Below, in pieces: positions 39,089 through 49,030 of a stretch of DNA of 64,000 nucleotides. Location of the stretch: positions 20,333-84,332 of the forward strand of contig JBEKPQ010000001.1 of the NCBI GenBank assembly GCA_049520575.1. Direction: 5' to 3'. The position numbers and the translations under genes are program-made. How positions within the stretch are numbered: position 1 is the stretch's first letter; the number at the start of each line of letters is the position of its first letter. The DNA is from Thermodesulfobacteriota bacterium (lineage in GTDB: Bacteria > Desulfobacterota > RBG-13-43-22). The notes below the pieces were generated by a model. The model worked only from the letters and a program-made list of their open reading frames with translations. It was not told the origin of the DNA and did no database searches.

Positions 39089-39448
39089 ATAAGTTTAGTA
39101 GATGATGAAGAAGTGGTTCTGACAGTAACCAGGGAAATCCTGGAGAACTTGGGGTATATCGTGTTGCCGGCCAGCAGCGGTCAAGCGGCGATTTCCCTGT
39201 TCCGGAAAAAACATCAGGAAATTGCTTTGGTTATCCTGGACATGATCATGCCCGACTTAAAAGGAGGTCAGACCTACGATCAGCTTAAGGCAATTGAATC
39301 TAACGTGAAGGTTCTCCTGTCCAGCGGGTACAGCATCGATGGGCAGGCTGCACAACTTATCGATAAAGGTTGTAAAGCCTTTATCCAAAAGCCTTACACG
39401 GTTATTGAATTGTCCAAGAAGGTCAGGGAAATATTGGAGATGCCGTAA
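39089..39448 (+). CDS. Stand-alone or truncated response-regulator receiver domain
   Basis: LVDDEE, ILDMIMP, SSGY, FIQKPY; no canonical start upstream of the acidic pocket. Confidence 0.7.
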   Translation: MSLVDDEEVVLTVTREILENLGYIVLPASSGQAAISLFRKKHQEIALVILDMIMPDLKGGQTYDQLKAIESNVKVLLSSGYSIDGQAAQLIDKGCKAFIQKPYTVIELSKKVREILEMP

Positions 39449-39528
39449 TGGGTGTGAAGGGTGATAAGTGACAAGGCAAGACATTTTCTATGATCTATAG
39501 ACTATGAGCGATTAATAGGAGGGAGACC

Positions 39529-40011
39529 ATGGAATTGATTGTTCAAAAGCTGGAAATCCCGGAAGGGGCCAATATTATTTTTGGGCAGACCCATTTTATT
39601 AAAACCGTGGAAGACCTCTATGAAATCCTCATCGGATCAGTGCCGGGGATCAAGTTCGGATTGGCTTTTTGTGAGGCCTCGGGTGATTGCCTGGTTCGAA
39701 CCATAGGCAACGATCCGGAATTAGAGACAGCGGCCGTCAACAACGCCAGAAATATCGCGGCCGGCCATACCTTCAATATCCTTCTTCGCCAGGCCTTTCC
39801 CATCAATGTCTTGAATGCCGTCAAAAACTGTCCGGAAGTCTGTTCTATCTATTGCGCCACAGCCAATCCGACAGAGGTTGTCCTGGCTCAAACCGATCAG
39901 GGCCGCGGGGTTCTGGGTGTTGTAGACGGCTTTTCTCCCCAGGGTGTGGAAGGGGAAGAAGGCCGGCTTTGGAGAAAGGATATCCTTCGTAAGTTCGGTT
40001 ACAAATTATAG
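39529..40011 (+). CDS. Adenosine-specific kinase family (DUF355)
   Basis: GQTHFIKTVEDL, FGLAFCEASG, EVC.IYCATANP, GRGVLGVVDG. Confidence 0.9.
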   Translation: MELIVQKLEIPEGANIIFGQTHFIKTVEDLYEILIGSVPGIKFGLAFCEASGDCLVRTIGNDPELETAAVNNARNIAAGHTFNILLRQAFPINVLNAVKNCPEVCSIYCATANPTEVVLAQTDQGRGVLGVVDGFSPQGVEGEEGRLWRKDILRKFGYKL

Positions 40012-40025
40012 AGAGTAACAGTAAA

Positions 40026-40934
40026 ATGTCGGCCCTAAAAAAAAAGAAGCTAACCGTCCCCCCTTTTCTTAAATCCGGAGATACCATAGGAATTGCTACT
40101 CCGGCCAGCCCTTATCAGGCCAAGGCCCTCCAGGAAGGGATTCATCTCTTAAGGCAATGGGGATTTCAGGTGGCCTTGGGCAGGAAAAGGATCATCCGAA
40201 AAGGGTATCTGGCCGGAACCGACCGAGAACGGGCCGGAGAATTGATGCGACTCTTTGCCGATCCGGAAATAAAAGCCATTCTCTGCTCTCGCGGCGGCTA
40301 TGGAACCCTGCGAATATTGGATTATCTGGATTTTAATATTATCAAAGCCCATCCAAAACTCTTTATGGGCTTTAGTGATATCACCGTCTTATTGATGGCC
40401 TTTTGGAAAAAAGCCGATCTAATGACCTTTCACGGCCCCATGATGACTACCCTATCTCAAGTAAATCCTTCCACCCTTGTCAGAGTACAGGCAACGCTGA
40501 TGGGGCATTACCAAATTCAACTTCCCTTGAGCAAAAATCGGGCTGTTTTCCCGGGAAGCGCCCAGGGTATACTTATGGGCGGGAACTTGAGCTTGCTGGT
40601 TCACTTGATAGGTACCCGTTACGAGCCTGTCTGGGATCATGGCATCCTATTCCTTGAGGATTGCGGGGAAGAATCTTACCGGCTGGATCGCCTTCTAACA
40701 CATCTGAGATTAAGAGGTTGTTTGGAAAAGGTTTCCGCCATCCTCCTGGGCAAGTTTGCCGGGCCTAATAAAAAAGAACTGTCCTTGGACCCGGTCAAAG
40801 ATATTTTAAGAGATATGAATATTCCGGTCTGGACCGGATTACCCATCGGCCACGGTTCCTGGAATTTCCCTCTTCCGATTGGAGCCCCAGCCGCCTTAGA
40901 TGCCGAAAAAGGTTTGTTGTCGATTCATTTATAA
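40026..40934 (+). CDS. ldcA: LD-carboxypeptidase (peptidase S66)
   Basis: YLAG.D.ERA, RGGYG, GFSDIT, GGNL, LED..E, GHG. Confidence 0.92.
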   Translation: MSALKKKKLTVPPFLKSGDTIGIATPASPYQAKALQEGIHLLRQWGFQVALGRKRIIRKGYLAGTDRERAGELMRLFADPEIKAILCSRGGYGTLRILDYLDFNIIKAHPKLFMGFSDITVLLMAFWKKADLMTFHGPMMTTLSQVNPSTLVRVQATLMGHYQIQLPLSKNRAVFPGSAQGILMGGNLSLLVHLIGTRYEPVWDHGILFLEDCGEESYRLDRLLTHLRLRGCLEKVSAILLGKFAGPNKKELSLDPVKDILRDMNIPVWTGLPIGHGSWNFPLPIGAPAALDAEKGLLSIHL

Positions 40935-41004
40935 CGAAAGGCTCAAGGCGCAAAGGATAATGGCTTTCCATTTCAGCTTTCAGCTTTGAACTTTTATCTG
41001 CAAA

Positions 41005-42123
41005 ATGGATTTTATTTGTCCTGTTATGTCATCTTCTTCGAAAATCCACCAACTCATGTATTCCGCGATCGAGGAAGGAGTATTTCCCGGGGCAGTTTTA
41101 TTGGCGGCCAGGGCAGATGAAATACTTCTTCATAAGGCTTATGGTTATGCCTCGGTGATCCCAGAGAAGCAACCCCTTAAAACAGAAACCATTTTCGACC
41201 TAGCCTCTTTGACCAAACCCTTGGCCACTACCCTGGGGATTATGTCTCTGGTCGAAAGAGGCCTGTTATCCTTGGATCAACCCTTGGGATTTTGGTTGGA
41301 CAGAACCCAGTCTCACGAACAGCAGGGGATCACCCTTAGGCGCCTTTTGGCCCATTCGGCCGGATTCCCGGCCTATCAACCCTATTATTTAGATCTGACC
41401 CGTCAATCAGGGGACAAAAAAGGGATACTTCGCGACTGGGTAAAAAAAGAACCCTTATTATACCCACCGGGCAGCCAAACCCTCTATAGCGACCTGGGCT
41501 TTATCCTTCTGGAATGGATTTTTGAAGAAACCGCCGGAGAAGGATTGGACATCTGGATTCGAAAAAACGTCTATACCCCCCTAGGACTAATCCAGTTGGG
41601 ATTCAGGCCATTAACCCAGTCCGGAGTTCCTGATCCGGAGGCCTATGCCGCCACCGAAGACTGCCCATGGCGTAAAAAAGTCCTGCGGGGAGAAGTCCAT
41701 GACGATAATACCTATGCAGTGGGGGGGATTTCCGGACAGGCTGGTCTATTTGGAACAGCCTTTGAAGTTTTTCAACTCATTAGAGCCTTAAAAAGGGCCT
41801 ATGACCAGTCCAAGAACCCGAATTTTTTTAACGGGGATTGGGTTCGTATCTTTTGGCAAAGACAGGAAAAACCCAGAGGGACTACCAGGGCCCTTGGCTT
41901 TGATACCCCAACGGAGACGGATTCCAGCGCCGGCCGTTATTTTTCCCCAAAAAGTGTGGGCCACCTCGGATTCACCGGGACTTCTTTTTGGCTGGATCTG
42001 GAAATAGATTTTTTGGTTGTTTTGTTAACCAACCGTGTTCACCCTAGCCGGGACAATGAAAAAATCAAACCCTTCCGGCCGTTGATCCATGATCTCGTTT
42101 TTCAAGAGATGACGGCTTCGTAA
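41005..42123 (+). CDS. Serine hydrolase, beta-lactamase/class C-like
   Basis: FDLASLTK (SxxK), YSDLGF, GEVHDDN, GHLGFTGT, LTNRVHP. Confidence 0.9.
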   Translation: MDFICPVMSSSSKIHQLMYSAIEEGVFPGAVLLAARADEILLHKAYGYASVIPEKQPLKTETIFDLASLTKPLATTLGIMSLVERGLLSLDQPLGFWLDRTQSHEQQGITLRRLLAHSAGFPAYQPYYLDLTRQSGDKKGILRDWVKKEPLLYPPGSQTLYSDLGFILLEWIFEETAGEGLDIWIRKNVYTPLGLIQLGFRPLTQSGVPDPEAYAATEDCPWRKKVLRGEVHDDNTYAVGGISGQAGLFGTAFEVFQLIRALKRAYDQSKNPNFFNGDWVRIFWQRQEKPRGTTRALGFDTPTETDSSAGRYFSPKSVGHLGFTGTSFWLDLEIDFLVVLLTNRVHPSRDNEKIKPFRPLIHDLVFQEMTAS

Positions 42124-42275
42124 AAAGTCCATCTACTGTGTTGTGTTGCACCCTTCGTCATTCGGCGTACTTCAATGTACGCCTCATTCCTCAGGATTTG
42201 CACGCCTAGTCCCGCCTTTAGCGGGAGAGCTTTTTTCTGTGCCGTCTCGTTTGATGACTTATTGCGAATTTCTCA
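42110..42275 (+). mobile_element. MITE-like element (TGACGGCTTCGTAAAAAG terminus) with hairpin insert
   Basis: Core homologous to the 50339 and 60302 copies; TCAAGAGATGAC.GCTTCGTAAAAA repeated at 42102 and 42273. Confidence 0.75.
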
Positions 42276-42451
42276 AGAGATGACAGCTTCGTAAAAATAC
42301 GCAAAATACATCACCAAGGTGTTTTTTTAAAGTTCAACAAGACTATAAAGGGACTTTCCAGGAAACGTTTTGACTTTATCCCCCATTTTAGTTAGACTGG
42401 CCATATCATTTTTTAGAGCAATCGATAGCTTCTGTTCAATAAAGGATTATT

Positions 42452-43546
42452 ATGATTCCCATTATGGAACCCTGGCTCGATCATCAGGAGATCGACTTGG
42501 TCATGGACTGTTTAAAAAGCGGCTGGATTTCCTCCCAGGGGAAATATATCGCCGAATTTGAAGAGGCCTTTTCTGGCTTTTGCGGCTCCCGATTCGGGGT
42601 GGCTACTTCCAACGGAACCACAGCTTTGCATTTGGCTTTACTCACCTTGGGGATCGGTCCGGGCGATGAGGTGATCGTTCCGGCTTTAAGCTTTATTGCC
42701 AGCGCTAATGTGGTGGTTTATACCGGGGCCAAGCCCGTCTTTGTTGATGTGGATGAAAAAACCTGGACCATAAATCCTTCTTTGATCAGGCCCTTGATCA
42801 CCGAGTATACCAAGGCTATTATACCGGTCCATCTTTATGGACACCCGGCCGATATGGGGCCGATTATGAAATTGGCTGAGGAATACCGTCTCTGGGTCAT
42901 AGAGGATGCAGCCGAGGCCCATGGGGCAGAGTATAAAGGTCATAAAGTCGGGTCACTGGGTCATATTGGCTGCTTCAGTTTTTATGGGAACAAGATCATT
43001 TCCACCGGAGAAGGTGGAATGATCGTTACCAATAATCAGGAGTGGGTTGAGAAGGCCCGTATGCTTCGGGACCATGGTATGTCCAAAAAGAAGAAATATT
43101 GGCATCCCATCCTGGGTTATAATTTTCGAATGACTAATATTCAAGCGGCAATCGGCTTGGGACAGATGAATAAAATTGAAAAAATCATTGATCAAAAAAG
43201 AAGAGTTGCTCAAATCTATTCTCGAGGACTTACCGGGGTCAAAGGGATCGTTCTGCCCCCTGAGGAGGCCTGGGCCAAGAATGTTTTTTGGCTTTATTCT
43301 ATTCTCCTAAGCATAGAAACTAACAAAAAGCGTGACGATCTTATTGAGTATTTGAATCAATTGCAAGTGGAAAGCCGCCCTTTATTTTTTCCGATCCCTA
43401 ATATGCCTTTCTATGCCGTAGAGGATCATTTCCCGACCGCCCAAAAGATCTCAGAACAGGGAATCAGTCTTCCCTCCGGATCGGCCCTAACTCCTGAACA
43501 AATTAATTACATCATCGAATTGATCAAACAATTTTTTACCGGTTAA
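42452..43546 (+). CDS. DegT/DnrJ aminotransferase, GDP-perosamine synthase-like
   Basis: SNGTTALHLAL, VHLYGHP, EDAAEAHG, SFYGNKII.TGEGGM, GYNFRMTNIQAA. Confidence 0.9.
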   Translation: MIPIMEPWLDHQEIDLVMDCLKSGWISSQGKYIAEFEEAFSGFCGSRFGVATSNGTTALHLALLTLGIGPGDEVIVPALSFIASANVVVYTGAKPVFVDVDEKTWTINPSLIRPLITEYTKAIIPVHLYGHPADMGPIMKLAEEYRLWVIEDAAEAHGAEYKGHKVGSLGHIGCFSFYGNKIISTGEGGMIVTNNQEWVEKARMLRDHGMSKKKKYWHPILGYNFRMTNIQAAIGLGQMNKIEKIIDQKRRVAQIYSRGLTGVKGIVLPPEEAWAKNVFWLYSILLSIETNKKRDDLIEYLNQLQVESRPLFFPIPNMPFYAVEDHFPTAQKISEQGISLPSGSALTPEQINYIIELIKQFFTG

Positions 43547-43708
43547 GGGGTTTGGAAAATCAGGCTGCTTAAGGGTTTCCCGAAGCGCTGGAAGGTTGCT
43601 TAATCTTAAATTGAAGCCATCTATTTGAACCTAAAAAGAAAACTTGACTTTTTATCTAGTTTATATTAGGCATCGCCCATGTTGGTGAATGGATTTTAGG
43701 GAATACTT

Positions 43709-44815
43709 ATGAAAAAAATTCCGGTATCTGCACCTTGGATTGACGAAGAGGATGTGCAACGGGCAACTGAGGTAGTCCGCTCGGGCTGGCTTTCCCGTGG
43801 TCCGGAAGTGGAAGAATTTGAAAAAAAGGTGGCTGAATTTCTAGGGGCCGGTTATGGTATTGCCGTTTCTTCCGGGACAGCGGCCGTGGAGGTCGCCCTA
43901 AGGGCGTTGGACTTGGAAGGAAAGGAAATTATTACTTCCATAGCTTCCTGTGTGCCGACCTTAAACGCCATTTTGCACGCCGGTTGTAAACCGGTTTTTG
44001 TCGATGTTGAAGATTCTACGTACAATATTGATGTAGAGCAAATTGAGGCTCATATCAGCGATCAAACAGGGGCGCTGTTGCCGGTTCATCTTTATGGCCA
44101 CCCTTGTAATATGGGACCTATCCTGGATCTGGCCAATAAGTATCATCTGCCCATTATTGAGGATTGTGCTATAGCCATGGGGGCTAAATATCAGGGGAAA
44201 TACGTCAGTACCTTGGGAGCGGCCGGGTGCTTTTCTTTTTATGCCAATAAGATGATTACCACCGGGGAGGGAGGTATGGTGGTGACCTCCGATCCCCAAT
44301 TGGCCCAACAGGCCCGTATCATTCGCCATCACGGGCAGCACCCTGATCGGCCTTTTTATCACATCCTATATGGCCATAATTTCAAATTAAGCAATCTCCA
44401 GGCGGCCATAGGCCTGTCTCAGATGAATAAGCTTCAAAAAAGTATTGAAAGAAGAAGAGATCATGCCGCCATCCTGACCGAGAAACTGGCAGATCTGCAA
44501 GAGATACAATTACCAAGAGAGATGCCCTATGCCTTTCATATCTATTTCAGTTATCCTATTTTATTGAAAACTCCCAATCGACGGGACCGGCTCTGTCGGT
44601 TTTTGGCAGACAACGGCATCGAAACCCGACCTATGTTCGGACCCATGTCCACTCAACCCTTTTTTGAAGAACGCTACGGCCCCTATCCCGAGCAGTTCCT
44701 GGTAGCCGAACAGATAGGCCTTAACGGCTTCTATGTCAGCTGTTCTCCCTTGCTCCAACCGGAGGATTTGGATTATATGGCCGTCAAAATACGAGAGGGT
44801 CTTTATGAGCGATAG
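43709..44815 (+). CDS. Second DegT/DnrJ aminotransferase
   Basis: SSGTAA, VHLYGHP, SFYANKMITTGEGGM. Confidence 0.9.
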   Translation: MKKIPVSAPWIDEEDVQRATEVVRSGWLSRGPEVEEFEKKVAEFLGAGYGIAVSSGTAAVEVALRALDLEGKEIITSIASCVPTLNAILHAGCKPVFVDVEDSTYNIDVEQIEAHISDQTGALLPVHLYGHPCNMGPILDLANKYHLPIIEDCAIAMGAKYQGKYVSTLGAAGCFSFYANKMITTGEGGMVVTSDPQLAQQARIIRHHGQHPDRPFYHILYGHNFKLSNLQAAIGLSQMNKLQKSIERRRDHAAILTEKLADLQEIQLPREMPYAFHIYFSYPILLKTPNRRDRLCRFLADNGIETRPMFGPMSTQPFFEERYGPYPEQFLVAEQIGLNGFYVSCSPLLQPEDLDYMAVKIREGLYER

Positions 44816-45590
44816 TCCGGATGTCTCCGTAGTAACGGTAACCTATAATGAACGCGAAAACATTGCCGAACTGATCCAGATCGTGGAGCAGGTCTTTCAA
44901 TCCGAAGGACTGCGAGGGGAGATTATTGTTGTTGACGATAACAGTAAGGATGGAACCGGCGAAGAGGTGCAGAATTTAGCGGCCCGTTTTGGAAATATCC
45001 GTCTGATCTCCCGTTATGGGAAATTCGGCATTGCCAGTGCCTATGAAAGAGGCGTGGATAACGCCAAGGGTGCCATTGTGGTTACCATGGATGCCGATCT
45101 GTCTCATCCTCCGGACTGTCTGTCAAAAATGCTGGCGGCCGTGAGGGAAGGATATGTGGCCGCCGGCAGTCGTTTCGTTGAAGGATCAAGTATTACCACC
45201 AGTTGGATCCGTCAGCTGGCTACACGGATTGTTAATTTTACCACCAAACATATGGTGCAGACCGGTATTAATGATCATACCAACGGATACATCGCCATAT
45301 CCCGGGAACACCTGATTGCCGTTCGGGAGCTGGGAGGAAAGTACGATATCAATCCCTACTCTCGGGTTCTCTATGGGATCCCTGTTTTTGTCCTGGTGAC
45401 CAAACTACGCCTACCGGCCAAGGAGATCATCACCCCTTATCGTTGGCGTCAAAAAGGAAAAACCAAATTGCCTTTTTTTAAGGGGTCGATGACTATCCTT
45501 TCCGAACTATTATTTCTATTCCGGATCGCCTATCATTTGCGTAAATATAACCGATTTCAAAAATGGGAAAATAGCGGGTTAAAGTCTTAA
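44805..45590 (+). CDS. GT2 glycosyltransferase (polyprenol-phosphate sugar synthase-like)
   Basis: TYNERENI, VDDNS.DGT, MDADLSHPP, GSRF. Confidence 0.85.
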   Translation: MSDSPDVSVVTVTYNERENIAELIQIVEQVFQSEGLRGEIIVVDDNSKDGTGEEVQNLAARFGNIRLISRYGKFGIASAYERGVDNAKGAIVVTMDADLSHPPDCLSKMLAAVREGYVAAGSRFVEGSSITTSWIRQLATRIVNFTTKHMVQTGINDHTNGYIAISREHLIAVRELGGKYDINPYSRVLYGIPVFVLVTKLRLPAKEIITPYRWRQKGKTKLPFFKGSMTILSELLFLFRIAYHLRKYNRFQKWENSGLKS

Positions 45591-45593
45591 GAA

Positions 45594-47009
45594 GTGATGA
45601 AAAAAATTTGTCTGCTTAATCCACCCATTGACCTGAAAGAATTTTATTGGGAGGTCAAGTTGGGTTCCAAACTCCCACCCCTCGGATTATTGAGCCTGGC
45701 CGCTTTCATACGTGCAAAGGGGCATCAGGTGTTTCTCATCGATGCCTTGAACCGGGGAATCCCGCCGGACGACGTGGTCGAAAGAGTCAAACAAATCGGC
45801 CCTGATTTTGTCGGGATCACAGCCACCACTTCCTTTATTGAAAGCGCCCATCGTTGCGCTCAAAAAATTAAGGCCCATTGTGAGCAGGTGACCACCATTA
45901 TCGGCGGCTCCCACATCTCGGCCCTGCCGGTCCAGACCCTAGAGGAATTTCCCGCTTTCGACCTTGGGGTTGTGGGCGAAGGGGAAAACACCCTGCTGGA
46001 GTTACTTGAAAATTCTAGCCCCAATTATCAGGATATTGACGGGATTGTCTTTAGAGATCAGGGCCGACCGGTGATGACCGGGAAGCGGGCCCAAATACGG
46101 GAATTGGATCAACTCCCTTTCCCGGCCCTGGATCTCCTGGAAGGTTTCCCTGATTTTTACCAGCCCACCCCGAATAATTACCTGAAAAAGCCTGTGGTCT
46201 CTCTGGTTACCTCTAGGGGATGCCCTTTTTCCTGCACGTTCTGCGATCAAAGTGTTTTCGGCCATCGAGTCAGGGCGTTCTCTCCCAAGTATGTGGTCAA
46301 TATGATCGAGTTCTACCAAGAACAATACGGCATTCGGGAAGTCAGCTTCTATGATGACTTATTCACCTATAATAAGCAAAGATTAATAGATTTTGTCCGG
46401 GAGTTGGGTCGGGCCAAGATCAGGATGACTTGGTCCTGTGAAAGTCGTATCGACACAGTAACCGATGAATCCTTGAAAATGATGAAGGAATCCGGGTGTT
46501 GGCAGATATCTTATGGGATCGAAACCGGGTCTCAAAAGATCTTGGACTATTTTAATAAAAAGATCACCGTACAAGAAATTGAAAAGACCGTTCAGCTCAC
46601 CCACAAATGGGGGATGCGGATCCGGGCCTATCTCATTGTCGGTTCTCCCCCAGAAGACCGTGAATCCATTGCCGAGACCAAGGCCCTCATTCGACGGATA
46701 CCCCTTGATGACCTTCACATCAGTTTCTTTGCCCCTATTCCGGGTTCTAAGGCCTTTAAAGACGTCATTGGGGATAGGGTCGTAACATGGAAAGATATGG
46801 ACTTATATCGTGTTGGTTATACGCCGCCGGGTATCTCGGCAGAAGAATTGCAGGAAGCCGTAAAGGGGATTTACCGCCATTTCTATCTCCAACCCAGGAT
46901 CCTTTTCCGTTATGCCCGTATGGTGCTTAATCCCTATAAGGGTCTGGAGCTTATCCAAAAAGGTTTCATCTTTCTGCTCCTGTTGTTTAAAAAAGAGAAA
47001 TATCATTAA
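45594..47009 (+). CDS. Cobalamin-binding radical SAM protein (class B methylase-like)
   Basis: PPLGL..LA, GG.H, GEGE, TSRGCPFSCTFC, DDLF, GIETG. Confidence 0.9.
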   Translation: MMKKICLLNPPIDLKEFYWEVKLGSKLPPLGLLSLAAFIRAKGHQVFLIDALNRGIPPDDVVERVKQIGPDFVGITATTSFIESAHRCAQKIKAHCEQVTTIIGGSHISALPVQTLEEFPAFDLGVVGEGENTLLELLENSSPNYQDIDGIVFRDQGRPVMTGKRAQIRELDQLPFPALDLLEGFPDFYQPTPNNYLKKPVVSLVTSRGCPFSCTFCDQSVFGHRVRAFSPKYVVNMIEFYQEQYGIREVSFYDDLFTYNKQRLIDFVRELGRAKIRMTWSCESRIDTVTDESLKMMKESGCWQISYGIETGSQKILDYFNKKITVQEIEKTVQLTHKWGMRIRAYLIVGSPPEDRESIAETKALIRRIPLDDLHISFFAPIPGSKAFKDVIGDRVVTWKDMDLYRVGYTPPGISAEELQEAVKGIYRHFYLQPRILFRYARMVLNPYKGLELIQKGFIFLLLLFKKEKYH

Positions 47010-47097
47010 TGGATTACTACCCTGAAAATCATACCTAACCGTGTACCCCGTTTGAAGATTTGCATTTATTTTTTAGAGTTGTAAGAGGTCCTGAGCC

Positions 47098-47805
47098 ATG
47101 GTCAGCGTATCGGTTATTCTTCCGACTTACAATGAAGCCGATAATATTATCCCGTTGATCGAGGAGATTTTGACCTATATCCCCTTGGAAAGTGAGATCA
47201 TCGTAGTGGATGATGATTCCCCAGACAGGACTTGGGAAGCAGTGGAAGCCTTTGGTCAAAAAGAATCGCGGGTTCGACTGCTTAGGCGGATCGGCCGGAA
47301 GGGTTTGACTTCTGCCTTGCAAGAAGGTATTAATTGGTCGAAAGGTCGATATATATTCTGGATGGATTGTGATTTCTCCATGCCCCCGGATAAGATCCCG
47401 GTCCTTTTGCAGGCCCTGGAAGATCATGATATTGCCATGGCCTCCCGCTATATTCCGGGGGGAGAGGAGAAAGGTCATTCCCCATTGGGTTCTTTCTTGA
47501 GCCGGGCGATCTGTTCCCTGGCTTCCCGGGTCTTAAGCCCGGCCATCAAAGATTATACCAGCGGGTATATCGGCCTGCGCAGGGAAGTCATTCAAACCCT
47601 TCCCTTAAAGGGAGATTACGGCGAATATTTTATTGAACTCATCTATAAGGCCTATCAAAAGGGGTATAAGATCAAAGAGATTCCTTATCGGTGTTTGCCT
47701 CGACGCTCCGGAGAATCCAAGACAGCCACCGATCTCTGGGGATATCTTAAAAGGGGGAGAAAATACCTGGCCACTATAGTAAGGTTGCGGTTTGGATCTG
47801 TTTAA
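47098..47805 (+). CDS. GT2 polyprenol-phosphate mannosyltransferase-like
   Basis: LPTYNE.DNI, VDDDSPD.T, MDCDFS.PP, DYTSG, R..GESK. Confidence 0.88.
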   Translation: MVSVSVILPTYNEADNIIPLIEEILTYIPLESEIIVVDDDSPDRTWEAVEAFGQKESRVRLLRRIGRKGLTSALQEGINWSKGRYIFWMDCDFSMPPDKIPVLLQALEDHDIAMASRYIPGGEEKGHSPLGSFLSRAICSLASRVLSPAIKDYTSGYIGLRREVIQTLPLKGDYGEYFIELIYKAYQKGYKIKEIPYRCLPRRSGESKTATDLWGYLKRGRKYLATIVRLRFGSV

Positions 47806-47820
47806 AGAAAGGAAACCTTT

Positions 47821-48882
47821 ATGAAGCCATCGATTAAGAAACGAGCCTTGATTACCGGGGTGACCGGACAAGATGGGGCTTATTTAGCCCGATTTTTATT
47901 AGAAAAAGGGTATCAGGTTTTTGGAACTTTCCGGAGACTTTCCACTCCCAATTTCTGGAGGCTTCAGGACCTGAATATTTTTGAGAAGATCAATTTGATT
48001 CCGGTGGAATTAATCGATACGGCTTCCATAACCGAAGCGATCATCAGTTCTCGTCCGGATGAGGTTTATAATCTGGCGGCCCAGAGTTTTGTCGGGGCCT
48101 CTTTTGAAGAACCCATCGGTACGGCCAATGTTTCAGGTTTGGCCGTGCCCCGGATCCTTGAAGTTATCCGCCAGGTGAATCCCAAGATCAGATTTTATCA
48201 AGCCTCCACCAGCGAACTCTTTGGCAATCACGGTCAAATGCTCCTCAATGAAACTTCTCCTTTTTGTCCGGCCAGCCCTTATGCGGCTGCCAAAATATAC
48301 GGCTACTGGATTACCAAGATTTATCGGGAAGGGTATGGTATTTTTGCCGTCAATGGCATCCTTTTCAATCATGAATCCCCTTTGCGGGGTCTGGAGTTTG
48401 TGACCAGAAAGATCACCAATACCGTGGCCAAGATAGCCATCGGTCTGGAAAAAGATCTGCACCTGGGCAACCTGTCGGCCAAAAGGGATTGGGGCTATGC
48501 CCGAGATTATGTCAAATCCATGTGGCTAATGCTGCAACATTCAAAGCCCGACGATTATGTGGTAGCCACTAATGAGTGTCATTCGGTGGAAGAGTTTGTC
48601 CAAGAGGCTTTTGAGGTGGTCGGCCTTAACTGGAAAAAATATGTCAAAAAAGATAAACGCTTTTTCCGACCTGTTGATGTGAGCCTTTTGCATGGCGATT
48701 ATGCCAAAGCCCGAAAAAAATTAGGCTGGAACCCGGAAGTGCGGTTTAAAGAATTAGTCCGGATAATGGTTGAAGAGGACCTTCAGCGCTGGCAGCGATG
48801 GCAAAAGGGGGAACTTTTCCCCTGGGATGCCCTCAACTACCCCAATGAGATGAATTTATTGACCCGGGCCATGAGGATGTAG
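47821..48882 (+). CDS. gmd: GDP-mannose 4,6-dehydratase
   Basis: ALITGVTGQDGAYL, YNLAAQSFV, YQASTSE, SPYAAAK, FNHESPLRG.EFVTRKI. Confidence 0.96.
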   Translation: MKPSIKKRALITGVTGQDGAYLARFLLEKGYQVFGTFRRLSTPNFWRLQDLNIFEKINLIPVELIDTASITEAIISSRPDEVYNLAAQSFVGASFEEPIGTANVSGLAVPRILEVIRQVNPKIRFYQASTSELFGNHGQMLLNETSPFCPASPYAAAKIYGYWITKIYREGYGIFAVNGILFNHESPLRGLEFVTRKITNTVAKIAIGLEKDLHLGNLSAKRDWGYARDYVKSMWLMLQHSKPDDYVVATNECHSVEEFVQEAFEVVGLNWKKYVKKDKRFFRPVDVSLLHGDYAKARKKLGWNPEVRFKELVRIMVEEDLQRWQRWQKGELFPWDALNYPNEMNLLTRAMRM

Positions 48883-48914
48883 TTAGTAAACGAAATGAAT
48901 AAAAGTTGTGTTTT

Positions 48915-49015
48915 AATGGGGGCTCAAAAACCTTCAGATGCCAGGCGTCCAAAATTCCGAGGATGGAGGCATATATAGAAGTTCGCCGGACGGACGAGGG
49001 ATGAGAACAAGGAAG
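48915..49015 (-). repeat. Degenerate copy of the MITE-like element
   Basis: gctcaaaaa..tcagatgccaggcg..cgaggatggaggcata..gaagttcgccg..gacgagggat matches the reverse of the 60302 copy. Confidence 0.55.
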
Positions 49016-49030
49016 CCAAGGAGGAATATT

